Origin: the human T2T-CHM13v2.0 reference genome, Homo sapiens
DNA length: 64,000 nucleotides
Reading direction: 5' to 3' (one strand)
Assembly (NCBI RefSeq): GCF_009914755.1
Contig: NC_060942.1
Of the stretch, positions 1-13,460 are shown in pieces. How positions within the stretch are numbered: position 1 is the first letter of the stretch; each line of letters starts with the position of its first letter. Under the pieces are notes generated by a model. That model was not told the DNA's origin. It saw nothing but the letters and a program-made list of their open reading frames with translations, and made no database searches. The translations under genes were made by a program, and so were the position numbers.

Positions 1-1576
1 CCAGGCCCTGACTGGATTCTCAGTCATCTCAGAGAGACTCAGTGAGATTCTCTGGTTAAGGGAGAAGTTAAAGGAGATTGGACATTTTAAAAGCATTTCT
101 GACCAAAAGAGGATTTTGAGCAAACAAGATCTTTATGAAGCTTGGATGATATCCTGGGCATGAAGCCCCCACCTGGGCACCTGGTACCCAGAAGACAGCA
201 GCTGTTAGTATTGATGATAAGCCTCTCTGGGAAATGAGAGCTGAAACAATGGTTTGAGAACCCTTCTGAGAAGCACTGGTGTTTCCCAGCTTCAGGTGCG
301 CTTTCTTCCCAGTGATACAGATGAGGAGACCAAGGACCAAAGAGACTAGTGACTGGGTCAAAGTCAAACAGTGACAAAGTGGCAGGTGGAATTTACCTGT
401 GTCCAAGGCCCTTTCTATTGTACTGCAGCATCCTCGCTGTTCAGATAGACTTAGACATAGGCTGGGACATTCATGGGTTCATCATTTACTCTTATCCATT
501 CAACTAACAGCTGTTTATTAAATACTGACTCCTAACGTACTAGACTTGGTCCCATGTCACTTCCGAGAGCTGACTGTAGGGTCCTGGATGGGCCATATCA
601 GGAGATGTCCTGAAGATGAGGCCCACAGTTCCTTTAGGGTAGAAGAAAGGGACTGGCATCCACACAGATGTGAACCCTGATGACAGTGCTGGTGGCTGGA
701 GGTTGGCTGCAGGGCCTTAGGAGCTGGACGGGGCTATACCTCAATACTGCCAAGTTCAGAGGCACTGAAGGGTCCTCCCTGGGGCCCTCCTGAGGATGCT
801 ATCAGGTTGGCAGCATAGTATTCTGGAGAGAGCCCAGTTTGAGATGTGGTGGTAAGTTGTTGCACTCATCCAGCCACCCACTTGCTGTGCATCCTGAGGC
901 AAGTCACTTCGCTCTTCCTGCCTCGGTCCCACCATTGCTCAGCTGAGAGCAGTAAACCCACCACTACCCCTCCCAGAGGCTGCATACAGACCCAGTGATA
1001 TAGTGCCCAGGGCAGCCTGAAAATAGTGACATAAAGGGCATCATTGTCATCTCAATGAACCCCATGTGGGGCCACCTTAGTAAGCCCCCTTCCAGCTCAC
1101 CCCACATTCTAGCTTGTTGGAGGCCTGGAAGGGAGTGACACCATGTGAGGACACGTGACCATGGTCACAGGCAGGTGTCTGGGTTCCAATGAGAGAGGCT
1201 GGCCTAAGGGGTTGGGGGTCTCCTGTTAGAATTGGGGGGCAGAGACGCAGGAGGAGGGAGCTGAGCCTTCTCGGGCTCTGGCTAATAGGAACAAAAAGCT
1301 TCTGTTACCTGTGGCCAGGCTGTTTTATCCATACTTGTTAAACCCTGTGCATTTCGAGAGCGCCAAAATCCATACGTTTCCTTTATTCTAACCACACTGC
1401 GGTGCTATTATGTAAGGACTGTGTAGTGTCCAGGAAGCCTCCCGCGGCACAGGAACAATGAGCTTGCTCACCACTGTGGCCTCCACTTCTCCCTTCTTTT
1501 CCCACAGCCTCCTAATGCCACCATCATCAGCCTCACTCAGGGAGGGGGACCCTCCTGCTGGGAAACTGGAAGCTCT

Positions 1577-1628
1577 GTGTGTCTGTGCATGTGCGAGTGT
1601 GTGTGTGTGTACGTGTGCATGTGCACAC
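1577..1628 (+). repeat. (TG)n-like microsatellite
   Basis: tgtgtctgtgcatgtgcgagtgtgtgtgtgtgtacgtgtgcatgtgcacac. Confidence 0.85.
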
Positions 1629-2809
1629 ATTGGAGGATGTGTCAAAAGGTAGGCTAGAAACTCCAAAGGTAACTAGTAAATAGAGGGCTCTCTCATCCCT
1701 CTCATCACACACCCAGGTAAGCAGAAGGGCCTCCTGCCCCATTCTCTAGGCCCTGCCAGGGTGTCATCTCCTTCATGGGCCTCCAGGGCATTAAGCTTGA
1801 TCCCTGGCTCTTGGACTGGCATGGCTAATGCCCAGCCAAAGGCCAGAGAGTGTAACACTGCACATTTCCTCAGAGCTTGCCCAGTGCTTTCTAAGATTCC
1901 ATTCCTGCCCTTCATCTTGACAGTCATCTGGAAGGCGGCTGGCCTGCCAGGTACAGGAGGGACTGGGCAAGAGTCACCCAGCAAGTCGTGGGCTCTCTCC
2001 AGGCCTTTTGACAGTGCCCCACAGTATCCTGCTGTGGAAGGACTGGCCTGCCTGGGTGCATCCTGGGGAGCAGGTCACTGCATGATGTCTCTGGCTGTTG
2101 ATGACCCAGTTGAAAGTGATGTGGTAACGAGAGACAGCACAGTGCCTGGACGCTGAGGGCTTTATAGATCCCCAGTGACGTTGAGGCTGAGAGCTGAGTG
2201 CTGCCACACTGGCTCCTCGGGCTCCAGGGACAGCCCACCAGAGGCTCACAGGTGTGTAAATGGCACTTTACAACTCTTAGGACAGGGCTGTCTCCAGGAT
2301 CTCTGCAGGTGTGGGGGGAATTGTTATCTGAATCTTACACGTGGGGAAGCTGAGTTCAGACAGGCTCAGTGCCTAGGCCAGACCGTGCAGCCAGAGAAAG
2401 GCAGAGCTGGGGCTCGCTAGCCCTCAGATCCCCCTCCCACCCCCGGTCCCAGACCCTGTGCCCCTGAGCCCTCCTGGCAGCTGCCTGTTTTCCCAGAAGC
2501 AGATGGACAGTTGCTCCGACAAAGGGGCTGTGTGGCACCCATGCTGTGGTTCCCATGGTAAACCCAGGCCCCTCATGTTTCTAATTACTCCTGGTGTTCT
2601 TTTCTTCCTGCAGCATGAGCAGGGCCAGGCTGGGGCATTCTTGTCATCCCTGTCCCCCACCTCCCCTCCCCACCAGGGGTCCCCTTATGGAAACTTCTCA
2701 CACACGAGAAGACTGGGGCCCAGGCAGCTTGAACGAGTCCGAGAAACTCAGGGGTCAGCCAGGAAGCCTTTTTTTTCCACCAAAATAGTTTTTTTTCAAT
2801 TATTTAATT

Positions 2810-3172
2810 AATGAATTTTTATGGTGGGGAAATATACATATTGTATGATTTGCCATTTTAACCATTAAGTGCCACAGTTTAGTGATATTAGCAGCATTCA
2901 CATCGCTGTGCTATTATCTTCACCATCCATCTCCAGAACTTTCTCACCTACCCCAATGAAAACTCTGTCCCCATTAAACACGAACTCCCCATTCTCCTCC
3001 CGCCAGCCCCTGGCAGCCTTTATTCCACTTTCTGTCTCTGTGAATTTGACTACTTGAGGCCCCTCATGTCAGTGGAATCACACAGTGCTTGTCCTTCTGT
3101 GTCTGGTTTATTTCATTCAGGAGAACGTCTTCAGGGTTCACCTGTGCTGCACCCTGTGTCAGGATTTCATTC
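2810..3172 (-). mobile_element. LINE-1 3' end fragment (L1MB-like), antisense
   Basis: Motifs ccattttaaccattaagtg, cattcacatcg..gtgc, ccatctccagaact, cccattaaac, ctttctgtctctgtgaatttgact are typical of L1MB 3' UTR reverse complement. Confidence 0.8.
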
Positions 3173-3805
3173 CCCAGCCAGGTGGCTTTATGCCTTCTCT
3201 TTTGCTCTAATTCTTTGGTTTTTAAACTTAAAAAAGAAAAAAGCAATGGAATCCTCCCCCATCTTTTCCCCCTTCAACAGAGTCTCATACGGAGGTCTAG
3301 TAAATACAGCACACAAAAGCAGCAAGGCTCTGGCTGAACTGGGGGGGCTAGAGACCCTACACCCCAAGCCTGGCATTCCTGGAGACACTTCCTGGGGATG
3401 GAAAGTGCCTGCATGCCTGGAGAGAGGGGCCGATTTGATTGACTTGGGTCATGAGTGAGAAGCCCCTTGAGTCTGACATTTGGTCTTGAGGGCCTCCCCA
3501 GTCACTGCACTTCCCTACTGCCCTCCTGGCTTCCCTCCTAAATGTCCTCTTCAGGTCTTGGGCCCCAGCCAGGCCCCAGGCCCTTGTAATAGGTGGAGGA
3601 CCAGAGAGAGGCACAAGCATGCTTTGCCGGAGGATTTGGGGTTTCTCCCCACAAACCTCACCCAGGCAGGCTTTATCTGCATCTGCCTGAGTCTCTTCTG
3701 GCACCCTCCCAACTCCCCCCGCCCTCAGAGGCCCCAGGCTCCTTCCAGGCCGCCCTGGCCGCATTCTTTTGTGCTGTCACTGGCCGCATCTATATATTGA
3801 CTCTA

Positions 3806-4204
<399 letters not shown>

Positions 4205-5224
4205 TTATATGAGCTGCCACATCCTGGGTTTATGCATCCTGGGAGTTCTCTTGTTCCCAGCAATTTTATGTTAAGGTGAGACCCCATGACAGGCAAGGTG
4301 GAGGAGATATTTTGAGGTGGGAGCAGCACATAGGGCAGAAGCCCTTTTGAGTGTCCCTCCAATCCCACCTGGCAACCATGGACTCTGCTTACATCAAACA
4401 ACTGGAGGTTGATCAGGGTTCCAGGCCCTGGGCTAAGGGCTGGGGAAATAGCAAAACAGGTTCAGTCCCTGCCTTTGATGAGACTGTACAATTTTGGGTG
4501 AGTGACTTAATCTTCTTTTGCTTCCATTTTCTTGTCTACGAAGTGGATGATAATAGCTCAGAGGGTGGCCTGAGGGTGAGATGAGGCAGTGAGTGTGCAC
4601 AGCTCAGAACAGGGCCGGGCCCGGGGTCATCACAGCAAGCCTCAGCTGCTCTGAGTGTCACCCTCACCTGTGGCAGAGGGGCCTATGGACTTCTCTTGGC
4701 ACCTGCTATTAGGCCCCTGGCTTGTTAACAGCCTTGGCAGCAAAACGGTCACCTGCCCTTCCTGTTCACTTTTAGTTCTCTCTAAAATCAACACACAGCA
4801 TGCAAGGGCCTGACATTAGTTGGGTACTTTCTCTGTGTCAAGAATCTCTATGAGGTAAATGTTAGGATGCCCACTTAATGGACAGGAAAACTGAGGTTCC
4901 GTGTGGTTAAGGAGCATGGCCAGACAACAGTCAGGATGTGGTAGAGGCCACAGCGTGGCCCTGGACTGCCTAGTTTTGAACTTTGTTCCTGGCAGGTGGA
5001 GAGCATAAAGGAAACAGAAGATGCAGCCTCTTGTGGAGATATTTTTGTCAGGGATGTTTGGAAGATCCCCTGATGGGACCTCAGACCACACCTATGCTCT
5101 GGACTATTCGACCAGATTTTGTGGGATGTTGCAAGATTATGCCCCTGTGACTTGGAAAGAAATTTCTTTTGGGGCCTCAGTTCAGTTTATTTGAAGTTAG
5201 TTCAGCCAGCACTGGTTAATAATC

Positions 5225-5528
5225 TTTTTTTTTTTTTTTTTTTTTTTTTTGAGATGGAGTCTTGCTCTGATGCCAAGGCTGGAGTGCAGTGGTGCAATCT
5301 CAGCCACTGCAACATCCGCCTCCCAGGTTCAAGCGATTCTCTTGCCTCAGCCTCCCAAGTAGCTGGGACTACAGGCACGCACCACCATGCCTGGCTAATT
5401 TTTGTATTTTTAGCAGAGATGGGGTTTCACCATGTTGGCCAGGATGGTCTTGATTTCTGATCTCGCGATCTGCCCGCCTCGGCATCTCAAAGTGCTGGGA
5501 TTACAGGCGTAAGCCACAGGGCCCGGCC
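5225..5528 (-). mobile_element. Full-length Alu (AluS-type), antisense
   Basis: Poly-T then gagatggagtcttgctct...gcccggcc; aa(t/g)aatctttt on both flanks. Confidence 0.97.
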
Positions 5529-5871
5529 AAGAATCTTTTATGTGTAGGGATTGTGAGAGAGTCAAAGATGCAAAACCCAGCCCCTACCTCAGGGAGTGGT
5601 CAGGCACCTAGGAGGAGGCAGCAATGCATCTTACATGTACTAGGAGAGGTTTGAATATGGTGACTGTGTCAGAACTCCAATCAGCACATGGCCTGACCTT
5701 GGATTATTTAAATTGCAAATATATTCATATGAAATATCTGAAAAAGGTATATAATGTACCCCTTTTAAATTCACATCTTTAGCAAATATCCTTTAAAGAA
5801 AAAAAGTTTCATAAAGCTGAGATGGGAAACTTGAGATTGACAGTTCATGTCATCCCTCTTTCTCTCCCTTC

Positions 5872-6320
5872 CTTCAACAAGTATTTATGGGAACTCGCTA
5901 TATGCCAGGAATTGGTCTAGACACACAATGATGTGTGTCTTTCAGTGAGGCCAAGAGAACAGACAAATAAAAAGCAGTAACAGCTCCCTAATGGCTCTGT
6001 GTGGAGCATCCCGAGAACCCACAGGAAGGTGCTTCATAGGAGGGGCAGCAAGTGGCTGGAGGGGATTTTCCTGGAGGAAGCAGTGTGGGAGATGTGACCT
6101 GAAGGGCAGCAGAGCAGTATTTTGTTAGATGAAGGAGTGGAGGTTGAGCTAGGGAGCCAGGGAGAGGTTATCAGGTAAAGGGAGAGGCACATATGAAGGC
6201 TCTATGAACCAAATGTATGGGAGGTCAGAGGAGGGTGTCATTAATTTCGCATGAGGGCAAAGGCATGAGAGATCAATAAAGGCTTCAGGGAGGAGTTGCT
6301 ATGTGATGGGGCATTGTGAG
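5872..6320 (-). mobile_element. Degenerate L2 fragment(s), antisense
   Basis: ttcaacaagtatttatggga...tatgccagg, then the purine-rich ttcctggaggaag...gacctgaagg pattern. Confidence 0.55.
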
Positions 6321-6323
6321 ATG

Positions 6324-6553
6324 AATAGGAGTTTGATAAACAAAGGTTGAAAGCACTCTGGGCAGAGGGAGTGGGCAGAATCCATAAATGCCTGGTCTAT
6401 TTAGCATGTGATGCTCAGGTAACCATGTCTAGAGCAAAGGGTACAGGAGGGTAGGACTTGGCATCACCAAACATCCAAGAAGAAGTTCTGGGGCAGGAAG
6501 GCTGCTATGGATGGTGGTGGACTGCACAACAGAGGTGGTGCAGGATAGAGAGG
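6324..6553 (+). repeat. Local direct duplication, copy A (~230 bp; partner 7188-7416)
   Basis: aataggagtttgat...gcaggatagagagg is present twice, roughly 80% identical by eye. Confidence 0.95.
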
Positions 6554-6917
6554 AGGGGTGGGTTTAAGAGGCATTTGGGAAGAGGGTGAGGGGTCTTGGC
6601 AACTGCTGAGTTGCAGACATTGAGAAATGAGGCCAGTGGAAGTTGGCCCTGAGATTTGCATTTGAGCTAACTGCTCTTCCAGATTGAATGCAGGTTCCAT
6701 TAATGCTCCAAGGTACGTCCCCTGCACCAAACCATTTATCAATTTATATTGGGGAAGCAAGTTTGAGGTCATGGTGTCCAAAAGCAAGACAAGGACCCTG
6801 CACATGCCCTTGCGTGCCCTAGCTCTAGTTTACACACACCGTAGTTTCTCCCTTTGCCCATACTACAGATGGGAAAACCGAGGCTGGGTGGCTGCTGAAG
6901 GCCACACAGCAGTGTGA

Positions 6918-6938
6918 GTCAGCACCAGGGACAGAATC
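6918..6938 (+). promoter_or_regulatory. Candidate REST/NRSF site (RE1/NRSE)
   Basis: TCAGCACC-AG-GGACAG at 6919-6934 gives both canonical half-sites with the canonical 2-nt spacer. Confidence 0.6.
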
Positions 6939-7187
6939 CAGGCTCCTGGTCTTTTCAGCCTGGGGCATGTCCTCCAGCACATTCATTCCCCCTGACCACC
7001 GTGGAGGGGCAGCGTGAGAAGTGATGGGCTTTTGCACCGCTTTCTGTAAGTCACCACCCAAACTGGAAAGGCTTCGGGGAGCTTGGAGAAAGCCCAGAGG
7101 TGTCAGATGATCCCTCCATTTGATGTATGGTCCAATTGTTCCAGTTTCATTTAGGATGAGGCCAGCAGGCAGGGCCACTGTTTATCA

Positions 7188-7416
7188 AATAGGAGTTTGA
7201 TGAACAAAGGTTGAGAGCATTCTGGGCAGAGGGAGTGGCATGAACCCATAAATACACATTCTACTTAAGGTGTGGTGCTCAGGCCACCATGTCTAGGGCA
7301 GAGGGTGCAAGAGGGTGGGGCTTGGCATCACGAAGCATCCAAGAGGAAGTTCTGGAGAGGAGCGCTGCTATGGATGGTGGGGAGCTGCACAACGGAGGGG
7401 GTGCAGGATAGAGAGG
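7188..7416 (+). repeat. Local direct duplication, copy B (partner 6324-6553)
   Basis: See copy A; flanked by inverted copies of 8488-8530 and 6028-6047. Confidence 0.95.
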
Positions 7417-8487
7417 TGCCCCTCCTATGAAGCACCCCGCTATGGTCCTGTCTAACCCACCTTCCACTCTTCCTCCCCAGTGTGGCTCTGATGAATAAGC
7501 AGCTGAAACAAACCATATGTCAAATGAAGGGACCTCACTGTCCCCAGGGCTCACCTGCTCCTAATTAGGCCTGGAGTAGGGAGGGAGCGGGGCACCAGAG
7601 GGCATCAGCCAGCATCTGTTCCCCAGAGTGTGTGGGTGTTGGGGGCAATGAAGGAAAGGGAAGGCTTGGGGGCCTCGTTTTCCCTGCTGGGAGCCCCCAG
7701 GCCCCCCAACCCTCTGATTTTATCCTGTCATACAAGAGTTGCTGGAAACGCTATCATTCTGGCAAGTCACTCAGTCAAGGAAAACCTCTTTAATCTCTTT
7801 TGGGGTGCATCTAGTCCACAGGTTTTTAAGCTTATTGACCGTACTTGTCTCCACTTTGACAAACACAAAACCCTCTCCTTAAACTTAACTTGAAATTTAA
7901 AAGAACAAATCAATCTCACGAGACTAAGCGCTGGTTTCTTTTCAGGGCTCATATCTTATTCTTCCAGATTCTAAAGGCCTCTACTTACCCTCACACCCAC
8001 CTTCCCTCCCCGAGTCCATTTTACAGATGAGGGAATAAGTCCAGAGAGGTTAAGTGACCTACCTGAGGTCACACAGTAACGGCTTCCGGGCCTGGCCAAC
8101 AGCACCGCCCTCATTTGTTTCTCTTGAGGCCTTCTCTTCCCACCAGCCCCACAGGGCAAAGTCGCTCTTTGAAGCCACCTTCAGAATTCTTCTCCCCACT
8201 CCCTGAGGCCCTCCCCACCAACTGCGAAAGTGTGGCCTTTCCAGAGGTGGCCAGTTCATTCAGCCACCCTGGGGAGCTAATGTACTTTCTGAATCTAAAG
8301 CGACATGTGACTTCAGGACCACAGACAGGGGAAGAGGAGTTTGATACAAGGGATCTGTTTCAGGGCCCGTTCAAGAGATGCCTAGAGGCTGTCCTGAGAG
8401 GGTGCCCCTTGCTAAACTCCTACCTTCAGAAACCATCTGCATGGCTGTCCTGCCCCTGGCCTCCTTGGCCCACTGGGACGTTGCTGC

Positions 8488-8530
8488 CAGTGGCTCTGCT
8501 GGCTGGCTTCATCTTAAATGGAACTGGAAC
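8488..8530 (-). repeat. 43-bp segment with an inverted copy at 7138-7180
   Basis: 37/43 identity to the reverse complement of 7138-7180, no gaps. Confidence 0.9.
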
Positions 8531-10060
8531 GTCAGAGAAGAGATGAGGCTCCAAAGGCAGAGGCCACCCCACCCCCAAATCCCTCCCAACTATTAGCCTC
8601 AAAGTTTCCCCATCCATGAGCTCTGCTGTCGGGTTAAACTTTTTAGAAACTGCCCACCCAGTGGGGGTGGAGTGCAGGGGCCTCGAACCTCTGCCTTCTT
8701 CTCCATCTTCGTGTCTCTGCCTTGGTTTCCTCTGCTATAAAATGGAAGACTGGATGGTCTCTCTGCTGCCTTTTGGCTGTGCCAGTCTCCTCTCCTATGG
8801 CATCTGGCACAGCTGGTGCAGAACCTGGGCTGGGGCCTGGAAGGGCGTCTTGGAAGATGGTGCCCACGGGGGCTGTTGGCCTTTTCCTCTGGCGACTTGG
8901 GGAGTGTGCGCAGGGGACATCCAGCAGGCTGAAGGAGGCCCAGAGGAACTTGCTTAAGGTTTCTTTGAGAAGGAAGTGACAGTAATAATGACAATAACAA
9001 CATCAAGAACAAAGCAGGAATAGTTATGAGGGGCGCTTGCACAGTGCTTGTGGTGTGCCAGGCATCGTTCTCAGGGCTCTACCTGTGTGAACTCTGACCC
9101 AGGCGCTTGCGTTTCCTCAGGTCCTAGTGCTTCATCCTTCAGAAGCTGCTGCCTTAGAGAGTTGCTGAGCTGGTCGCTGGGAGGCTGGAGAATCTCCTAT
9201 GACTGGGAGCTGGGAGCAGGGAGCAGGGACTTCTGAGGTCTCCAACCCCCAGTATCTGAGACTCTGGAGCCTCGAACCCAGCCTGTGTGATCTGGGCTGT
9301 CTGCTTGTGAGTGGCCTGCTAGCTAAGGACAAAGAGGGGTTGCAAAGCTAGTGCTCCCCCAACCCCCGGGGCTAGGACCAGGTGCCCTTCCTGCAGGTCC
9401 CCATCACACTCGCCCCAGCCTTCCTTCCCACGTCTCAGCACTGCAGTGGAGAAGGAAGGCCAGGGACAGAGGAAGGCTACACAGAGAGCAAACCCAGCCG
9501 GGCTGGAGTTCCTTCTCTCAGAAGCACATTTGTCACAGAGAGCACCTTTGACTCCAGAGTAGGAACGCATGCCTCATGTCCTCTGGCCATGTGTGGGAGT
9601 GTGGGGGAAGCCCTGGGCATGCCACACTACTGCGCCTCAGTTTTTCTATCTGTAAAATAGGGACAAGGCTATCTCTCTGCCCTCCCCATGGAGTGAGACG
9701 GCAACGCTGTTCTGAAGCGAGGAGGCATTGCTGTTTTTGTCAGCCAGGCATTGGGATAAGGCCAGGCACTGCCTTTGTCTTCTGTGGCCAAAGCCTGATT
9801 TCCATCCAGACTTGCTGTCCCCTCCGTGGTCTCTGAGGAGTCAGGTTCTGCCATGTGGGGCCACAAGAGCAGGTTCAGCCGCAAGAAACAGTGACCCATG
9901 CCAAGAGAATTTGGAGCTTCTCTGCTCTCTCCCCGCTTCCTGGGCCTCACCTCTGCAGTCAGAGCCCATGTCTGTCCCAGTTGATCACCATCTATTGCTC
10001 ACCCAGTGCTCTCAGGGACATCCGTTGAGTCCCTGTTTGGTCCTTCTCACGGTCCTTCTA

Positions 10061-10402
<342 letters not shown>

Positions 10403-10670
10403 AGATGCTTAGGAATAAAACTCCAAAGGTGGGGTTTCAGGCACCACCGGCGAGCAGGTGTCTTTGGAGAGATGTGCGACTCCCTTGCTCTCTGGCACGG
10501 GCTTTGGCTTAAGCACCCGCAGGGCCTCCCTTCTCTTAGGTCTCAGGGGTGAGATGCTCTGCAGGAGCCCCACAGCAGTGCCGGGAGATGGAACTTTGCA
10601 GCTGGAGCAGGCTCTCTTCCCTCCTGCCTCAGCCTGGGCATCTGTAGAGCCAGGTTGGCTTTGGGGGCTG

Positions 10671-10765
10671 GGCTCTTAAATTAGAGGCCATGAGGGTTTC
10701 AAACATGGCAAGGTCTGGTATCTGAACACTTGGTTGTTGGTAACACCCATCCCTCCTGGACGGTC
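10671..10765 (+). repeat. Local direct duplication, copy A (~95 bp; partner 11347-11442)
   Basis: tcttaaattagag...ggtttcaaacatggcaaggtctgg...cacccatccctcctggac; about 14 differences in 96 positions. Confidence 0.95.
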
Positions 10766-11346
10766 TGTCATCTTCCCCTCCTGCTGAGGACAGGTCCCAT
10801 GGAGGCAGGGGTTGCTTAGATCTGCATCTGGGGAGGAAATCAGGCAGTGCAGGAGCCCGTGCCTGGCCCATGCTGTCAGACCCTCATGGCCCACAGGCTC
10901 TGTCCAGCTTCAGATTTACTACATAGCTCAGAGCCCTGGGTTGGTCCTGGCTGGGTCTGAGTCTGCAAACCTGTGGTTTTCAGAGATGAGTTGTTTACCA
11001 TTTTCTTTTCATCACAAAGAGGAATCCCTCCCCTTATATGCAATGAATGTTTTAAAAATCAATACATTCATCTAGTGTCAGTCTCTTATTTTCTCACTGC
11101 TTATTTTACTTACTACTGAGAGTAAAACCCTACCTGCCCCATGAATCTCAGCAGGCTCAGTTAGCCTTGCATGACTTAAGTTTCCCATTTTCCCAACCAT
11201 CCTCTGTCTATTGTCCATCTCCTCTGATGTCCACCACAGCCCCGTGAAGTTAGGCAGGTGTGATTTCCTCTGTGTGCAGGGAAAGAAAGACAGGCTCATG
11301 GAGTGTCCCTCTGGGTGAAGAGGCAGCAGACTGAGGGCCAAGCCTA

Positions 11347-11539
11347 GGTTCTTAAATTAGAGACTATGCAGGTTTCAAACATGGCAAGGTCTGGCATCTG
11401 AGCAGCTTGGTCACTGGCAGCACCCATCCCTCCTGGACCGTCAGAGCCTCGGGACTGCCAAACACCACCATGAGCTCGTGTAGTCCCATCCCCTTATTTT
11501 ATGAAGACAACGTCACACTCTTCTTGGCATGTATTAATA
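11347..11539 (+). repeat. Composite: direct copy of 10671-10765 fused to an inverted copy of 14443-14540
   Basis: 11347-11442 matches 10671-10765; 11442-11539 matches the reverse complement of 14443-14540 at 82/98 without gaps. Confidence 0.93.
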
Positions 11540-12045
11540 CTCACTCCCCCCACCCCCTGGGTCTGGAACCTCATGCACCCCCTAGCCTGCTGGGCCAGCT
11601 TGGCCAGATCATGGCATCCATCTCATGCCTGCCTTCTTCTCAGCATGCTGGGCCAGGAGCAGGCCAAGGGCCTAGCCTAGGCCGGGGTAGGTGCTGGTTG
11701 GGTCAGGCAGACATGGCCAGATGATGGCTTCCAAAAAGGGAGATGCCGTCAGGCCCCTCCCACCCAGGGGAGGCAGTGGGTGTTGGGGGCTGAAGACAGA
11801 GAGGGTCAGTCCAAGATGGCATCAAGTCAAAATTTCAAAATGTGAAAAATACAATTTTTCTACAAATATCTAGTGATTTATTTAAGTTGCTAATGAGGGA
11901 ACCAGCAGGATGATGCACCTGGTTCGAAAGGGGATGTAAGGAAAAATACGTATATATAAAATATGTATACACACACACATGTTAATGAGAAAACTAATGC
12001 TGCTAAATTAGACACAAGACTAGTTAATATCTAGCAGGACAGTAA

Positions 12046-12412
<367 letters not shown>

Positions 12413-13296
12413 ACCATGTTGGTTTTCTAATGATAACGACTAACTTTACAGAGTCCAGGGTCTGCTCAGTAGTCAGTCCGATGAAGTTATATCTTGCCAT
12501 GGAAGGCCAGTGACTCTTAGGGAAGTCTGTCAGACAATGCTGTAACATGACTTTAAAAGGACACACAGTCCTCTTTCTGTATTATTTCAAAGTTTTGGAT
12601 ATTTTTTCTTAACAGCAGACAGAGGCAGTCGGGGTGAAACTGTGGGATTCTAGCCAGAGAGCTCAACACAGAGATGGTGAAGACAGAGTTGGTACAGCAG
12701 GGCTTTTACTGTCCAAGACCACTGCCCCGGCCGTGCTTCCAGCCCAACCTCATCTACTGGGCCAACCCCTCCCTCCATCTAGAATTCCACTCTGGTTATT
12801 AAGACCACCTGGGCACTGGAGTCCCAGGGGGCTGGGATGCCCAAGGCCTCACCTGGTGCTCCCCGTAGTGTCCAGTCTTCCCGAGGACATGCAGGCTGGT
12901 GTGTACATGTATGTGTGTGGGGGGGATTCTTGATACTTCTTCCTTCTTATTGCAGAGATGCTCTTCTTCAGAGATCTGCCCCTAGCTGGGGCTTGGGAGG
13001 CCCCTCTTTCTTAAAATATATCTGGTGGCGACTTTCTTTCCTCCCCTGAATCCCTTGCCCTTTCCTTGAATATTTCTCATGGATACACACCCCATGATAC
13101 ACACACCACTTCCACCCCTGCCATATGGACACACACATAATGCCTCCCATATACCCAAACCTACTCAGATTCCCTGGAGAAGCAGCAAAGCCTCCCAACA
13201 GAGAGGGGACTCATTCCCTATCTCCCACCTCTTTCCACTTGGGACCATGGCCAACCCATTCTGCACTCTTGCATGAATTAGAAAATGGCCCATCAT

Positions 13297-13460
13297 GGCC
13301 AAGCACAGTGGCTCATGCCTGTAATCCCAGTGCTTTGGGAGACCGAAGTGGGAGGATTGCTTGAGGCCAGGAGTTCGAGACCAGCCTGGGCAAAATAGCA
13401 AGACCCTGTCTCTACAAAAATAAAATAAAACAAAATTAAATATAAAATAGAATAAGAAAA
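13297..13460 (+). mobile_element. Free left Alu monomer (FLAM-like) with A-rich tail
   Basis: ggccaagcacagtggctcatgcctgtaatccc...gaccctgtctctac, then an A-rich tail and no right arm. Confidence 0.88.
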
